Assembly: GCA_913048435.1 (NCBI GenBank)
Contig: CAJWWC010000001.1
Location: 25,281 to 89,280 of the forward strand
Reading direction: 5' to 3'
DNA length: 64,000 nucleotides
From: an uncultured Flavobacteriales bacterium
GTDB taxonomy: Bacteria; Bacteroidota; Bacteroidia; Flavobacteriales; UBA7312
Made by a program: the position numbers and the translations under genes. Shown in pieces: positions 18,073-27,063 of the stretch (positions are counted from its first letter, which is position 1; every line of letters begins with the position of its first letter). The notes under the pieces are model-generated. The model searched no databases. It was not told the DNA's origin and was given only the letters and a program-made list of their open reading frames with translations.

Positions 18073-19952
18073 AAAAATATATTCTAACATACTTTTTAGT
18101 ATTCTTGACTAGCTTTTCTTTCGCTCAGAAAAAAGGAGAAATTGATGCCGAAGCTGATTTTTATTACAACACACAAGATTACTTTTCAGCCGTTTATTTC
18201 TACGAACTCTCTTTCCAAAAGGACAGTACATCTTTTAGCGATTGGTATCCTTTAGCAGAAAGTTATCGACAAACCAACCAGTATAGTAAAGGGATTATGG
18301 CTTATGAAAAAGTTCTTGAAAGTAAGCAAGTATACGTTTTTCCCAATACCTTATTGTGGTTAGGCGTTTTACACAAAAACCTTGAACAGTACGAGGAAGC
18401 CTCCAGTTATTTAAAACAGTTTTTAGATGAAAGTTTACGCCCTTCAGATTATTGGTATAGAAAGGCAATGATGGAATGGAAAGGGGCTCAGATGGCATTG
18501 ACTATGAAAGAGCGTAAAGATATTCAAGTCCAAGTTATGGGCGAGCACATTAACTCCGCATATTCCGATTTTGCACCTTTTCCCTTAGGTGATACGATCT
18601 TATATTTTTCTTCTATGGTTGCTGATGACGGTTTGGCTGAGGAGTTATATATCGGTCACCGTTCTCAATTTATGCGATCTAGAGATGGGGCTGTTGCCGA
18701 TTTTTATAAGTTATTCAACGATAAAAGCTACCACATGGCGAACATCACTTTCAGTCCTTTCGGTCAGGAGACCTATTTTACCAAGTGTAAAAATCAGAAA
18801 GGCGAGATGGTCTGTCAGATTTATAGTAGTCAGTACCGCAATGGCTTGTGGTCTGTTCCTCAACTTATGGACCAACGCTTTAATGTTCCTTATAGCAATA
18901 ACACCCATCCGCAATGGGCTTTGTGGAATGGGATTGAAGGCTTGTTTATAGCCTCCAACAGGGCGGGTGGATTTGGCGATTTAGACATTTGGTTTGTGCC
19001 TATGACAGGACAAGCTCAAAATCTAGGAAACGGTATCAATACGACAGGCAAAGAAGTGACTCCTTTTTATCATTCGGCAGAAAAGGTCTTGTATTTCAGT
19101 TCAGACTTTCACCCCGGTATAGGAGGCTTAGATATTTTCAAATCGGTATGGAATGAACAATGGGGTTTAGTACAAAATGTAGGACAACCCCTCAATAGCA
19201 GTGCTAACGATTTGTATTATGTTGCTTTGATAGACAGTTTTCATCAGGGCTTTTTATCTTCCAATAGGCTAGGCTCGCAGACCATTAGCCAAGAAAGCTG
19301 TTGTAACGATATTTACAGTTTTGTAAAAAAAGTGAAGTGTGTTTGTGTTGAGGTAGATAGCTTGGCTACCGCTATGCAATTGAACTTACCTTTGAGTTTA
19401 TATTTTCATAACGACGAGCCTAACCCCAAAACGATGGATAGCGTCACCACTTTAACTTATACCGATGCCTATAATTCTTTCATGACACAAAAAGAGGAAT
19501 ACGTCAAGCGTTTTTCTTCGGTAATGTCAGGTAGAGCCAGAAACACTATAGAACGTCAGATGCGTGATTTCTTCGAACAAACTGTATATGAAGGACATGA
19601 GCAACTGTTACAATTTGCCGAGCAGTTAGAAAGAGCATTATCTTTGGAAGCTAAAGTCGAGATAAAGCTCAAAGGCTATACCTCACCCTTAACGGCTTCC
19701 GACTACAACAACCTATTAGCAAGACGCCGTATTTCTAGCGTAGAAAACTTTCTTATGCAATACAATGATGGGGCACTCTTAGCTTACATTCAAAACGGGC
19801 ACTTACAGATTAGCGAACTCCCTTTAGGGGAAACACAAGTTAGTATAGGCGTGAGTGATAATCCTAAGGACAGAAGGAACTCGGTGTATAGCATAAAGGC
19901 GGCTCGAGAAAGACGGATAGAAATAGTGTCAGTTTTGGTAGAATTTAATTGA
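18069..19952 (+). CDS. PorE-like outer-membrane-associated protein: TPR + PD40/TolB-like beta-propeller repeats + OmpA-like C-terminal domain
   Basis: 627 aa. TPR-like YYNTQDYFSAVYFYELSF...YSKGIMAYEKVL. PD40-type repeats SAYSDFAPFP...LYFSS and ASNRAGGFGDLDIWFV. OmpA-like C-terminus KLKGYTSPLTASDYNNLLARRRISSVENFL. Confidence 0.7.
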   Translation: MKKYILTYFLVFLTSFSFAQKKGEIDAEADFYYNTQDYFSAVYFYELSFQKDSTSFSDWYPLAESYRQTNQYSKGIMAYEKVLESKQVYVFPNTLLWLGVLHKNLEQYEEASSYLKQFLDESLRPSDYWYRKAMMEWKGAQMALTMKERKDIQVQVMGEHINSAYSDFAPFPLGDTILYFSSMVADDGLAEELYIGHRSQFMRSRDGAVADFYKLFNDKSYHMANITFSPFGQETYFTKCKNQKGEMVCQIYSSQYRNGLWSVPQLMDQRFNVPYSNNTHPQWALWNGIEGLFIASNRAGGFGDLDIWFVPMTGQAQNLGNGINTTGKEVTPFYHSAEKVLYFSSDFHPGIGGLDIFKSVWNEQWGLVQNVGQPLNSSANDLYYVALIDSFHQGFLSSNRLGSQTISQESCCNDIYSFVKKVKCVCVEVDSLATAMQLNLPLSLYFHNDEPNPKTMDSVTTLTYTDAYNSFMTQKEEYVKRFSSVMSGRARNTIERQMRDFFEQTVYEGHEQLLQFAEQLERALSLEAKVEIKLKGYTSPLTASDYNNLLARRRISSVENFLMQYNDGALLAYIQNGHLQISELPLGETQVSIGVSDNPKDRRNSVYSIKAARERRIEIVSVLVEFN

Positions 19953-20014
19953 ATATCTAGTTGATTTACCAATGTATTTACCTACTTTAGTGGCGAATTA
20001 ACCTTTGTGTATCA

Positions 20015-20911
20015 ATGAAACCAACACTATTAATTTTAGCAGCAGGAATGGGTAGTCGTTACGGTGGACTCAAACAAATCGATGGTATTGGACCAAATGA
20101 AGAACCCATTATAGAATACTCTATTTATGATGCTATTCAGTCGGGTTTTGGCAAAATAGTTTTTGTCATTCGCCAAGAGTTTAATGAAGCTTTTTGCTCT
20201 CGTTTCTCTAAGTTTGAGGACAAGATAGACATAGCCTACGCCTATCAGCCTGTACAAGTAGAGTTAGAGGGGGTAGATTTGGTAGAAAGACAAAAACCGT
20301 GGGGTACTTCTCACGCTGTTTTGGTGGCTCAAGAATTTATCAATGAGCCTTTTGCTGTGATTAATGCCGATGATTATTACGGCAACAATTCTTTTAAGAC
20401 AATGGTGGACTTTTTACAAAACGACTGTTCGCCTTCTGTCATGTCTATGTTGGGCTATGTTTTGGACAATACCCTATCGGAGCACGGCACAGTGAATAGG
20501 GGAGTTTGCGAAGTCAATGAAAGTGGTAACCTTATAGAAGTCATTGAGCGTACCAAGATTGCCAAATTAGACGGTAAAGTAGAATATAATGTTGGCGAAG
20601 ATGGTGGCGCAGAGCTAAACCCTAAAGCTAGTGTATCTATGAATTATTGGGGTTTTCATCCTTCCATTTTTGCTGAGATAGAACAAGGACTTCATGCCTT
20701 TATGAAGGCCAATGCTCAAGACCCTAAGGCAGAGTACTATATTCCGAATATTGTTACCGAAAAAATTAATGATGGGACAATGGTGGTTAAGGTTATTCCT
20801 ACTACCGACACTTGGTTTGGAGTTACTTACAAAGAAGATAAACCTATGGCGGTGGCGGCTATTGCCAAACAAATTAAGAAGGGCGTTTATCCTACACCTT
20901 TGTGGGGCTAA
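20015..20911 (+). CDS. Sugar-phosphate nucleotidyltransferase family protein (substrate unknown)
   Basis: 298 aa with N-terminal LILAAGMGSRYGGLKQ (GT-A-fold NTP-transferase P-loop) and KPWGTSHAV...INADDYYG. Confidence 0.7.
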   Translation: MKPTLLILAAGMGSRYGGLKQIDGIGPNEEPIIEYSIYDAIQSGFGKIVFVIRQEFNEAFCSRFSKFEDKIDIAYAYQPVQVELEGVDLVERQKPWGTSHAVLVAQEFINEPFAVINADDYYGNNSFKTMVDFLQNDCSPSVMSMLGYVLDNTLSEHGTVNRGVCEVNESGNLIEVIERTKIAKLDGKVEYNVGEDGGAELNPKASVSMNYWGFHPSIFAEIEQGLHAFMKANAQDPKAEYYIPNIVTEKINDGTMVVKVIPTTDTWFGVTYKEDKPMAVAAIAKQIKKGVYPTPLWG

Positions 20912-20937
20912 ATACTTCTCACATAAATTAAAAAATT

Positions 20938-22875
20938 TTAATCACTTTTTGCCTCTACCCAATCGCCATAAGATTTAATGAGGTCAATGAGGGCATCTAC
21001 GGCTTGTTCTTCTGGAATGTTGCGTTGTACAACTTCTCTTTCTTTGTAGAGTGTTATTTTTCCTACACCTGTACCTACATAGCCGTAGTCAGCATCTGCC
21101 ATCTCTCCAGGTCCGTTAACAATACAGCCCATAATACCAATTTTTACACCTTTGAGGTGGTTAGTCTTAGCTCTAATCTTGGCAGTCGTTTCTTGTAGGT
21201 CGAATAGTGTACGTCCACATGAAGGGCAAGAGATGTACTCTGTTTTAGAGATACGTGTTCGAGTGGCTTGTAGTATGCCAAAAGCGGTTTGGTTGATATT
21301 CTCGTCGCTACCACAATTTTCAGCAGCAATAAAAATACCATCGCCTAGACCGTCTAATAAAAGAGCCCCCATATCGGTGGCACTTTGCAGTTGTAATTTT
21401 TCTTCGGAAAGTCCTCCGTAAGCACGACCAATAATTACGGGTACTTGACAATCGGCATTCATCAATTCCATAAACAAACGCCTTTGCTCTGCCATACCGT
21501 GGGCATTACAAGTATCAATGAGTAATACGACCGTTGGGTCTGCTTTGAGTCGGCTCATTAGCTCGGTATTGAGATCTTCCAAACAGGCGTAAACCACATT
21601 CATCTGTTCAGAAAAGACACCGCCTTCAAGGTAGTTCTTACTGGTCAGAAAGGGATAGACTCTTTCCTTATCTTTATGTTTGAGCCAAGTATCGTGATTG
21701 TAAATGACGCCTAAAGTTCCTGGTATGTCAAAGTTAATTTCTACACTTCCCAAAAAGATGTAGTCGCATGCCATATCGCCAATGTTCCACTTGTCTGTGG
21801 GCACCGAATAACGATAACCCAAGGCAAAGAAACTGGCTGGGGTTATGTTTTTCTTAAAAGAAAAGTCTGCCATCACAATAGGAACTTGCTTTTCGCCAAT
21901 GTTAAGTAGTGAGCTGCTTTTTCTTCTTTGGTAGTTGTAGCTATCAATAGGGTTTTGATCTACCTCAGTAATAGCTTGATGCTTTATTCTATCTTTATAA
22001 CGGTCCACCAAATCACGAGCTACGGGAATTTCGTATTCGGGTTCTTCAGTGAGGGATACCCTAACAGTATCGCCTATACCATCTTCTAAGAGTGTGCCTA
22101 TACCTACGGCAGATTTTATACGTCCGTCTTCGCCTTCTCCAGCTTCTGTTACGCCTAAATGTAAAGGGTAATTCATACCGTCTTCTTTCATTTTCTGAAT
22201 GAGCAAACGATAGGCTTGAACCATTACTTGGGTGTTACTGGCTTTCATAGACAAGATGATGTTGTGAAAATCTTCTTCTCTACAAATTCGTAAAAACTCT
22301 AGGGCGGATTCTACCATACCAAGAGGGGTATCGCCATAACGGCTGAGTATTCTATCCGACAGCGAACCGTGATTGGTGCCTATTCGCATGGCAGTACCTT
22401 CTTCTTTGCAGATACGTACCAGGGGTACAAAGCGTTCTTTGATCCGTTCCAATTCTTGTTGGTAGGTATCGTCGGTATATTCTATCTCTTCAAACTTTTT
22501 CTTATCTGCATAGTTTCCTGGGTTTACCCTAACTTTTTCTACTATACGTGCAGCTATTTCGGCAGCTTTGGGCGTGAAGTGTATATCGGCAACTAAGGGG
22601 GTATCGTAACCTCTTGCTCTCAATTCATCTTTTATTTTTTGTAGGTTTTCGGCATCTTTCCTGCTCGGTGCAGTGATACGTACAATTTCACAACCAGCCT
22701 CTATCATTCGGATACTTTGTTCAACAGTAGCTTGCGTATCCATTGTATCTGTAGTAGTCATGGATTGTACACGTATGGGGTTATCTCCACCAACACCTAC
22801 TTTGCCGACCATAACTTCTCTGGTACGAAAACGAGAATATTCTACTAAACTATTGCAATAGGGAGGTTTACTCAT
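20938..22875 (-). CDS. ispG: 4-hydroxy-3-methylbut-2-en-1-yl diphosphate synthase, long form with internal insert domain
   Basis: 645 aa. The N-terminal TIM-barrel part (VGGDNPIRVQSMTTTDT) and the C-terminal Fe-S part (CPSCGRT...GCIVNGPGE) are separated by a long insert, as in Bacteroidota/Chlamydia/plant-type GcpE. Confidence 0.9.
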   Translation of the reverse strand: MSKPPYCNSLVEYSRFRTREVMVGKVGVGGDNPIRVQSMTTTDTMDTQATVEQSIRMIEAGCEIVRITAPSRKDAENLQKIKDELRARGYDTPLVADIHFTPKAAEIAARIVEKVRVNPGNYADKKKFEEIEYTDDTYQQELERIKERFVPLVRICKEEGTAMRIGTNHGSLSDRILSRYGDTPLGMVESALEFLRICREEDFHNIILSMKASNTQVMVQAYRLLIQKMKEDGMNYPLHLGVTEAGEGEDGRIKSAVGIGTLLEDGIGDTVRVSLTEEPEYEIPVARDLVDRYKDRIKHQAITEVDQNPIDSYNYQRRKSSSLLNIGEKQVPIVMADFSFKKNITPASFFALGYRYSVPTDKWNIGDMACDYIFLGSVEINFDIPGTLGVIYNHDTWLKHKDKERVYPFLTSKNYLEGGVFSEQMNVVYACLEDLNTELMSRLKADPTVVLLIDTCNAHGMAEQRRLFMELMNADCQVPVIIGRAYGGLSEEKLQLQSATDMGALLLDGLGDGIFIAAENCGSDENINQTAFGILQATRTRISKTEYISCPSCGRTLFDLQETTAKIRAKTNHLKGVKIGIMGCIVNGPGEMADADYGYVGTGVGKITLYKEREVVQRNIPEEQAVDALIDLIKSYGDWVEAKSD

Positions 22876-22880
22876 CGAAA

Positions 22881-22888
22881 CAAAAATA
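22881..22888 (-). promoter_or_regulatory. -7 box TATTTTTG, 5 nt upstream of the ispG ATG (leaderless candidate)
   Basis: The reverse complement of caaaaata. The spacer is TTTCG, then ATG at 22875. Confidence 0.5.
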
Positions 22889-22910
22889 TCAAAAAAGACA
22901 AATGAAAAAT

Positions 22911-25139
22911 TTAATAATTGTTAAATATAATTTTTTCCGTTTGCAAAGAGTTGTTAGTCTTGAATTTGATGAAGTAGATACCTTCGGAAAAGTTGCTTAA
23001 ATCAATATCTGTTTCTGCCTCAAGCCATTGTTTTTGTAGTAGTAATTGACCTTTAACATCGAACAATCGTAAGTTTTTCTCCTCTTTACTTGCTGTCGAT
23101 TTTATGTGCACTAGCCCATTAGTTTGTGTTGGGTACGCTTCAAATTTATCCATAGATTGCTTATCTATAGAAGTAGCATTTTGTACCCTAAATGAATGCA
23201 CAATTCGAGAGCCAAAATCTTTGTGGAAGGTTTTAAATACTGAAACAGTATCGAAATACATAAAATTAATAAACCCAGAACCATCAGGCTCACCAATATT
23301 GTCCCAATACCAAAAATCCAAACCATCCCCGCCGCTATCCTCAAGGGTAAATTTGAAACAACCATTTCCTAAAATTATAGTATCAGCGTATAATGTATTG
23401 CTTGAAAAATTGTCTTTTGAGTATATAATTTCACCTTGGCTATTTTCTATTTTCCATGAATTTTGATTGCCATAGTTATTCGTCTTCAAACGTACTAAAA
23501 ATTGATTTTTGTAAACGGGAACGCTCTCAAAATCTGATGACATGAAGTCGTTATCGCTATGCATATCAGTAGTTCCATTTGGATTAGATACTGTTACTTC
23601 AAAGGTATTTTGGCTGCCATCATCAATTATTTCACCAAGAGTAACTTCTTCTTCTTGCATGAATTTTAGATTCCCCGACCATTGTTGTGTTTGCATAGTC
23701 CCACCCTTAACGCCATACTCAATAGTCAGTGAAGTCAATTCTTCAGTACCAGAGTTTCTGATTTTTATTATAGGATTGGAGCAAATAGGGTTTGTTCTAG
23801 AATACTTATCTTTGAGTGAGGGACTAATAATGTCTAAAACTTCAGCATCTAATTCGAAGTTGGGTTCTTTGTATTGGAAGAAATGTACGGCACAAGAGTA
23901 TGAAGCGTCTCCGTTTGGGTTGTAGCTACTTAAGTTAATATCTACTCGAGCGGAATCACCAGACGTGACATAAGGTGTTATTTCGTGGTTGTATATGGGT
24001 ACAGCTTCCCCTGGGCACCAATTGGCACGGTCAAAAATCCAAGTACCCCCTTGTGGCCAAATGGCATTGAAACCACAATCGTCTTTCCAGATTGTTTCTC
24101 CACCCACTATCGAACCATTTACTTTAGCAGTATAACTGACGTTAGGAGTAAATTCGCCTGCTTGTCCGTGACCTGATGGCACGAATTGTAATTTGAAGCT
24201 GGAGGCATGTTGAGAGGTAGCGACTTTGACTTCAGGCATTTGTTGGCTTTCAAAATTAGCTGAATTAGTATATCCATAGCTTGCAGCTCCATTTTTATAT
24301 ACGTTACTTAAACTAATAGGCATTCTTGGGGGTGTTCCCTCTATTAATTCAAAGTTGAGCGTGACACTAAAACCACTACTCCAACCCGAATAAAAAGCAT
24401 CAATTTCAACAGAATCTTTGAGTAGGTGTTGGAAGTCAGTCACATCGTAGGTGAAACGGTGTTTCCAATTTTCATCGTATCCATTGGTGCCATAACTACC
24501 ATTGGCAGGATTCATATAGGTGCCATAAGGAGTAATAGCTCTACCGAGTTCAAAATCTTCTATAATCTCGTATACGTTATAGGTGTTGGTATTGTTCAAA
24601 TATAAAGAGGTATCTGCAGCTACCCAAACTGAATCAATAACTAATCCAGCACTGTCATAAGTCATGTTGTAGTAGTTTGCAGCATAGACGTATTGAGTAT
24701 CAGTCGCTAAAAAAGGGTCACTGGCATCTTGATACCATACCAATACTAGCGTATCATTGGCGATAACTGTATATCCACTAACACTGTCCCAAGTAGTTAC
24801 ATAAGTGGGGCTGTAGCTGAATTGTATAGTTTCTAAACTTATACCATCTAAACTATAGCTAGGGGCTAAAACAAGGTTAGAGTCTAGTTTATTGGTTCTG
24901 TTTCTAAGAAGGATATGTACGTCATAATCCCAACCGCTACACCCTGTTGAGGCACAACCCATATCAAAGTGCATCAACACTTTTCGGAATGAACCTTCTG
25001 TTGGGAATTCACCCCACTTTTTATAATGGCCATACCAAGTCATATCGACATTATCATGTACTTGAACTGTGGTCGTGTCGCCATTGTCAGCAAAAGCTAT
25101 ACTAACACTTAGGCAAAGGATAAAAAATAATCGTATCAT
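22911..25139 (-). CDS. PNGase F-like (peptide-N-glycosidase F family) multidomain protein with type-A T9SS C-terminal sorting domain
   Basis: Matches to the remembered Elizabethkingia PNGase F sequence:
- CSGWDYDVHILL vs CDEWDRYANVYV
- GRAITPY vs GRFITPY
- DVTDFQHLL vs DVTDFKSLL
- DRANWCPGEAVP vs DRAGWCPGMAVP
The C-terminal ~70 aa (LRLFDVKGQLL...GIYFIKFKT...) is Por_Secre_tail-like. The start is taken at the ATG at 25139 (MIRLFFILCLSVSIAFA signal peptide); the track start 25166 is a TTG. Confidence 0.65.
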   Translation of the reverse strand: MIRLFFILCLSVSIAFADNGDTTTVQVHDNVDMTWYGHYKKWGEFPTEGSFRKVLMHFDMGCASTGCSGWDYDVHILLRNRTNKLDSNLVLAPSYSLDGISLETIQFSYSPTYVTTWDSVSGYTVIANDTLVLVWYQDASDPFLATDTQYVYAANYYNMTYDSAGLVIDSVWVAADTSLYLNNTNTYNVYEIIEDFELGRAITPYGTYMNPANGSYGTNGYDENWKHRFTYDVTDFQHLLKDSVEIDAFYSGWSSGFSVTLNFELIEGTPPRMPISLSNVYKNGAASYGYTNSANFESQQMPEVKVATSQHASSFKLQFVPSGHGQAGEFTPNVSYTAKVNGSIVGGETIWKDDCGFNAIWPQGGTWIFDRANWCPGEAVPIYNHEITPYVTSGDSARVDINLSSYNPNGDASYSCAVHFFQYKEPNFELDAEVLDIISPSLKDKYSRTNPICSNPIIKIRNSGTEELTSLTIEYGVKGGTMQTQQWSGNLKFMQEEEVTLGEIIDDGSQNTFEVTVSNPNGTTDMHSDNDFMSSDFESVPVYKNQFLVRLKTNNYGNQNSWKIENSQGEIIYSKDNFSSNTLYADTIILGNGCFKFTLEDSGGDGLDFWYWDNIGEPDGSGFINFMYFDTVSVFKTFHKDFGSRIVHSFRVQNATSIDKQSMDKFEAYPTQTNGLVHIKSTASKEEKNLRLFDVKGQLLLQKQWLEAETDIDLSNFSEGIYFIKFKTNNSLQTEKIIFNNY

Positions 25140-25163
25140 TTCTTTTGTAAAGGTTATTAAACT

Positions 25164-25171
25164 CAAAGATA
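25164..25171 (-). promoter_or_regulatory. Putative -7 box TATCTTTG for the PNGase F-like gene (24-nt spacer to ATG 25139)
   Basis: The reverse complement of caaagata. Confidence 0.4.
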
Positions 25172-25189
25172 ATAAGAAAAGACAAAAAA

Positions 25190-27007
25190 TTAAGACAAGT
25201 TTTGATAGTCTTGCAAACTCTTGTAAAGCCCTTCTTTTTGGATAAGCTCTTGGTTGGTTCCTTGCTCAATAATTTCTCCTTCTTTAATTACTAATATATT
25301 ATCGGCATTTTGAATGGTAGAAAGTCGGTGAGCAATGACTAAAGAGGTTCTGTTTTTCATGAGTTGCCCCAAGGCTTCTTGTACCAATTTTTCTGACTGG
25401 GTGTCTAGTGATGAGGTGGCCTCATCTAGTATAAGTATTGGAGGATTTTTATAAATAGCTCTGGCAATACTTAGACGTTGCTTTTGTCCGCCAGACAATT
25501 TACTGCCTCCTTCGCCAACATTACTATTATATCCTTCAGCCATTTCCATCACAAAATCGTGAGCATTGGCGGCTTTGGCAGCGTCAATAACATCATCTAT
25601 ATTGGCGTCTTCATAGCCTAAAGTGATGTTATTAAATACACTGTCATTGAACAGTATAGAGTCTTGAGAAACAATACCCATCAGCCCTCTCAATTCAGAA
25701 AGTTTAAAGTCTTTAATATTGACACCATCAATAGTAATTTCTCCCTTTTCGATATCGTAAAAACGTGCCAATAAATCGGCAATAGTAGATTTACCACTTC
25801 CAGATTCTCCTACCAAAGCAATGTTTTGACCTAACTTTATGTCGAAACTGATGTTTTTCAAAACAGTTTGAGTGTCGTATTGAAAGCTAACATTTTTAAA
25901 ACTCAATTGCTGATTAAAGCCTTTACCTTTGGAAACCTTAGGGTCTTTAATGCTGTTTTCCGTTTCTAAAATATCTAATACCCTTTTAGATGAAGCACTT
26001 CCTTTTTGTAAATAGTAAAAGGCCGTAGTAAAGGATTTAGCAGGAGGTATAATTTGAGAAAAGATAGCAATGTAGCCAATAAATGCCTCGGGTGATAGAC
26101 TATTTTCACTGCCCAAAACCAATTGACCACCGAACCACATTACGCAAACAAGTACTATCGTACTCAAAAATTCACTCATTGGAGATGACAAATCTTTTTT
26201 ACGTAAAAGCTTAGTCATAGTTTTACGATAGTCATCGCTATTTTTTTCAAATTGGGATTGTACGATATGTTCAGCTCTGAAGGCTTTTATGATGCGTAAT
26301 CCACCAATGTTTTCTTCAATATTTGACAATATTTCTCCCATCTTGCTTTGCCCTTTTTGAGATGATTTTTTAAGACTTTTGCCAATACGAGCAATGAGAA
26401 ATCCAGCAATAGGAAATAAGACAATAACAAATATGGTTAGCTCAGGACTAATTAATACTAAACTGGCTAAGAATATGATGATATTAAGCGGATCTTTAAA
26501 AATCATTTCTAAAGAACTCATAATGGACCATTCTATCTCTACAAGGTCTGTTGTCATTCGTGCAATGATGTCACCTTTTCTTTTTTCAGTATAATAGCCA
26601 AGGGGCAAGTGGAGTACCTTTTTATGCAAAGCATTTCTCATATCTCTCACTACACCATTGCGTATGGGCGTAAGAAAAAATAAGGCTAAGTATCGGAAAA
26701 GATTTCTAAATAAAAACATAGCGAGTACTAGACCACATATAAAAAGTAAGGCGTCAATTTGACCTCTTGTTTCTATTATTTGTGTAATTTGAAAGTAGAA
26801 ATTCTCTGTAATAGATGTTGTGCTAAATGCCAAAGGAGGTGCTTGGTAAACCTTTTCTTGAGTACCAAATAATAGACCTAAGAAAGGAATAATCATCGTT
26901 ATTGAAACCAAGGAAAAGAGTACTGTAAGGATATTAGAGATAATATTGAATACAGCATATTTCCAGTAAGGTTTAGCAAAACGTAACACCCTTAAAAAAT
27001 CCTTCAT
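25190..27007 (-). CDS. ABC transporter, fused permease/ATPase (MsbA-like exporter family)
   Basis: 605 aa with six N-terminal TMs, Walker A GESGSGKST, signature LSGGQKQR and Walker B ILILDEATS. Confidence 0.85.
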   Translation of the reverse strand: MKDFLRVLRFAKPYWKYAVFNIISNILTVLFSLVSITMIIPFLGLLFGTQEKVYQAPPLAFSTTSITENFYFQITQIIETRGQIDALLFICGLVLAMFLFRNLFRYLALFFLTPIRNGVVRDMRNALHKKVLHLPLGYYTEKRKGDIIARMTTDLVEIEWSIMSSLEMIFKDPLNIIIFLASLVLISPELTIFVIVLFPIAGFLIARIGKSLKKSSQKGQSKMGEILSNIEENIGGLRIIKAFRAEHIVQSQFEKNSDDYRKTMTKLLRKKDLSSPMSEFLSTIVLVCVMWFGGQLVLGSENSLSPEAFIGYIAIFSQIIPPAKSFTTAFYYLQKGSASSKRVLDILETENSIKDPKVSKGKGFNQQLSFKNVSFQYDTQTVLKNISFDIKLGQNIALVGESGSGKSTIADLLARFYDIEKGEITIDGVNIKDFKLSELRGLMGIVSQDSILFNDSVFNNITLGYEDANIDDVIDAAKAANAHDFVMEMAEGYNSNVGEGGSKLSGGQKQRLSIARAIYKNPPILILDEATSSLDTQSEKLVQEALGQLMKNRTSLVIAHRLSTIQNADNILVIKEGEIIEQGTNQELIQKEGLYKSLQDYQNLS

Positions 27008-27011
27008 AGTG

Positions 27012-27019
27012 CAAATGTA
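27012..27019 (-). promoter_or_regulatory. -7 box TACATTTG, 4 nt upstream of the ABC exporter ATG (leaderless candidate)
   Basis: The reverse complement of caaatgta. The spacer is CACT, then ATG at 27007. Confidence 0.5.
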
Positions 27020-27051
27020 TTTAAATTGCTCTTTTTAAGGTTCTAAAAATT

Positions 27052-27059
27052 TATCTTTG
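27052..27059 (+). promoter_or_regulatory. -7 box TATCTTTG, 4 nt upstream of the rbfA ATG (leaderless candidate)
   Basis: tatctttg, then ttct, then ATG at 27064. Confidence 0.5.
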
Positions 27060-27063
27060 TTCT

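Noticed and set aside
22893-25186. A 10-nt direct repeat AAAAGACAAA just outside both ends of the PNGase F-like gene (22893-22902 and 25177-25186), considered as possible target-site duplication of an inserted gene.
   Set aside because: The repeat is short and A-rich, in A-rich intergenic DNA. There is no mobility gene, no inverted repeat and no obvious composition break, so chance is an adequate explanation.
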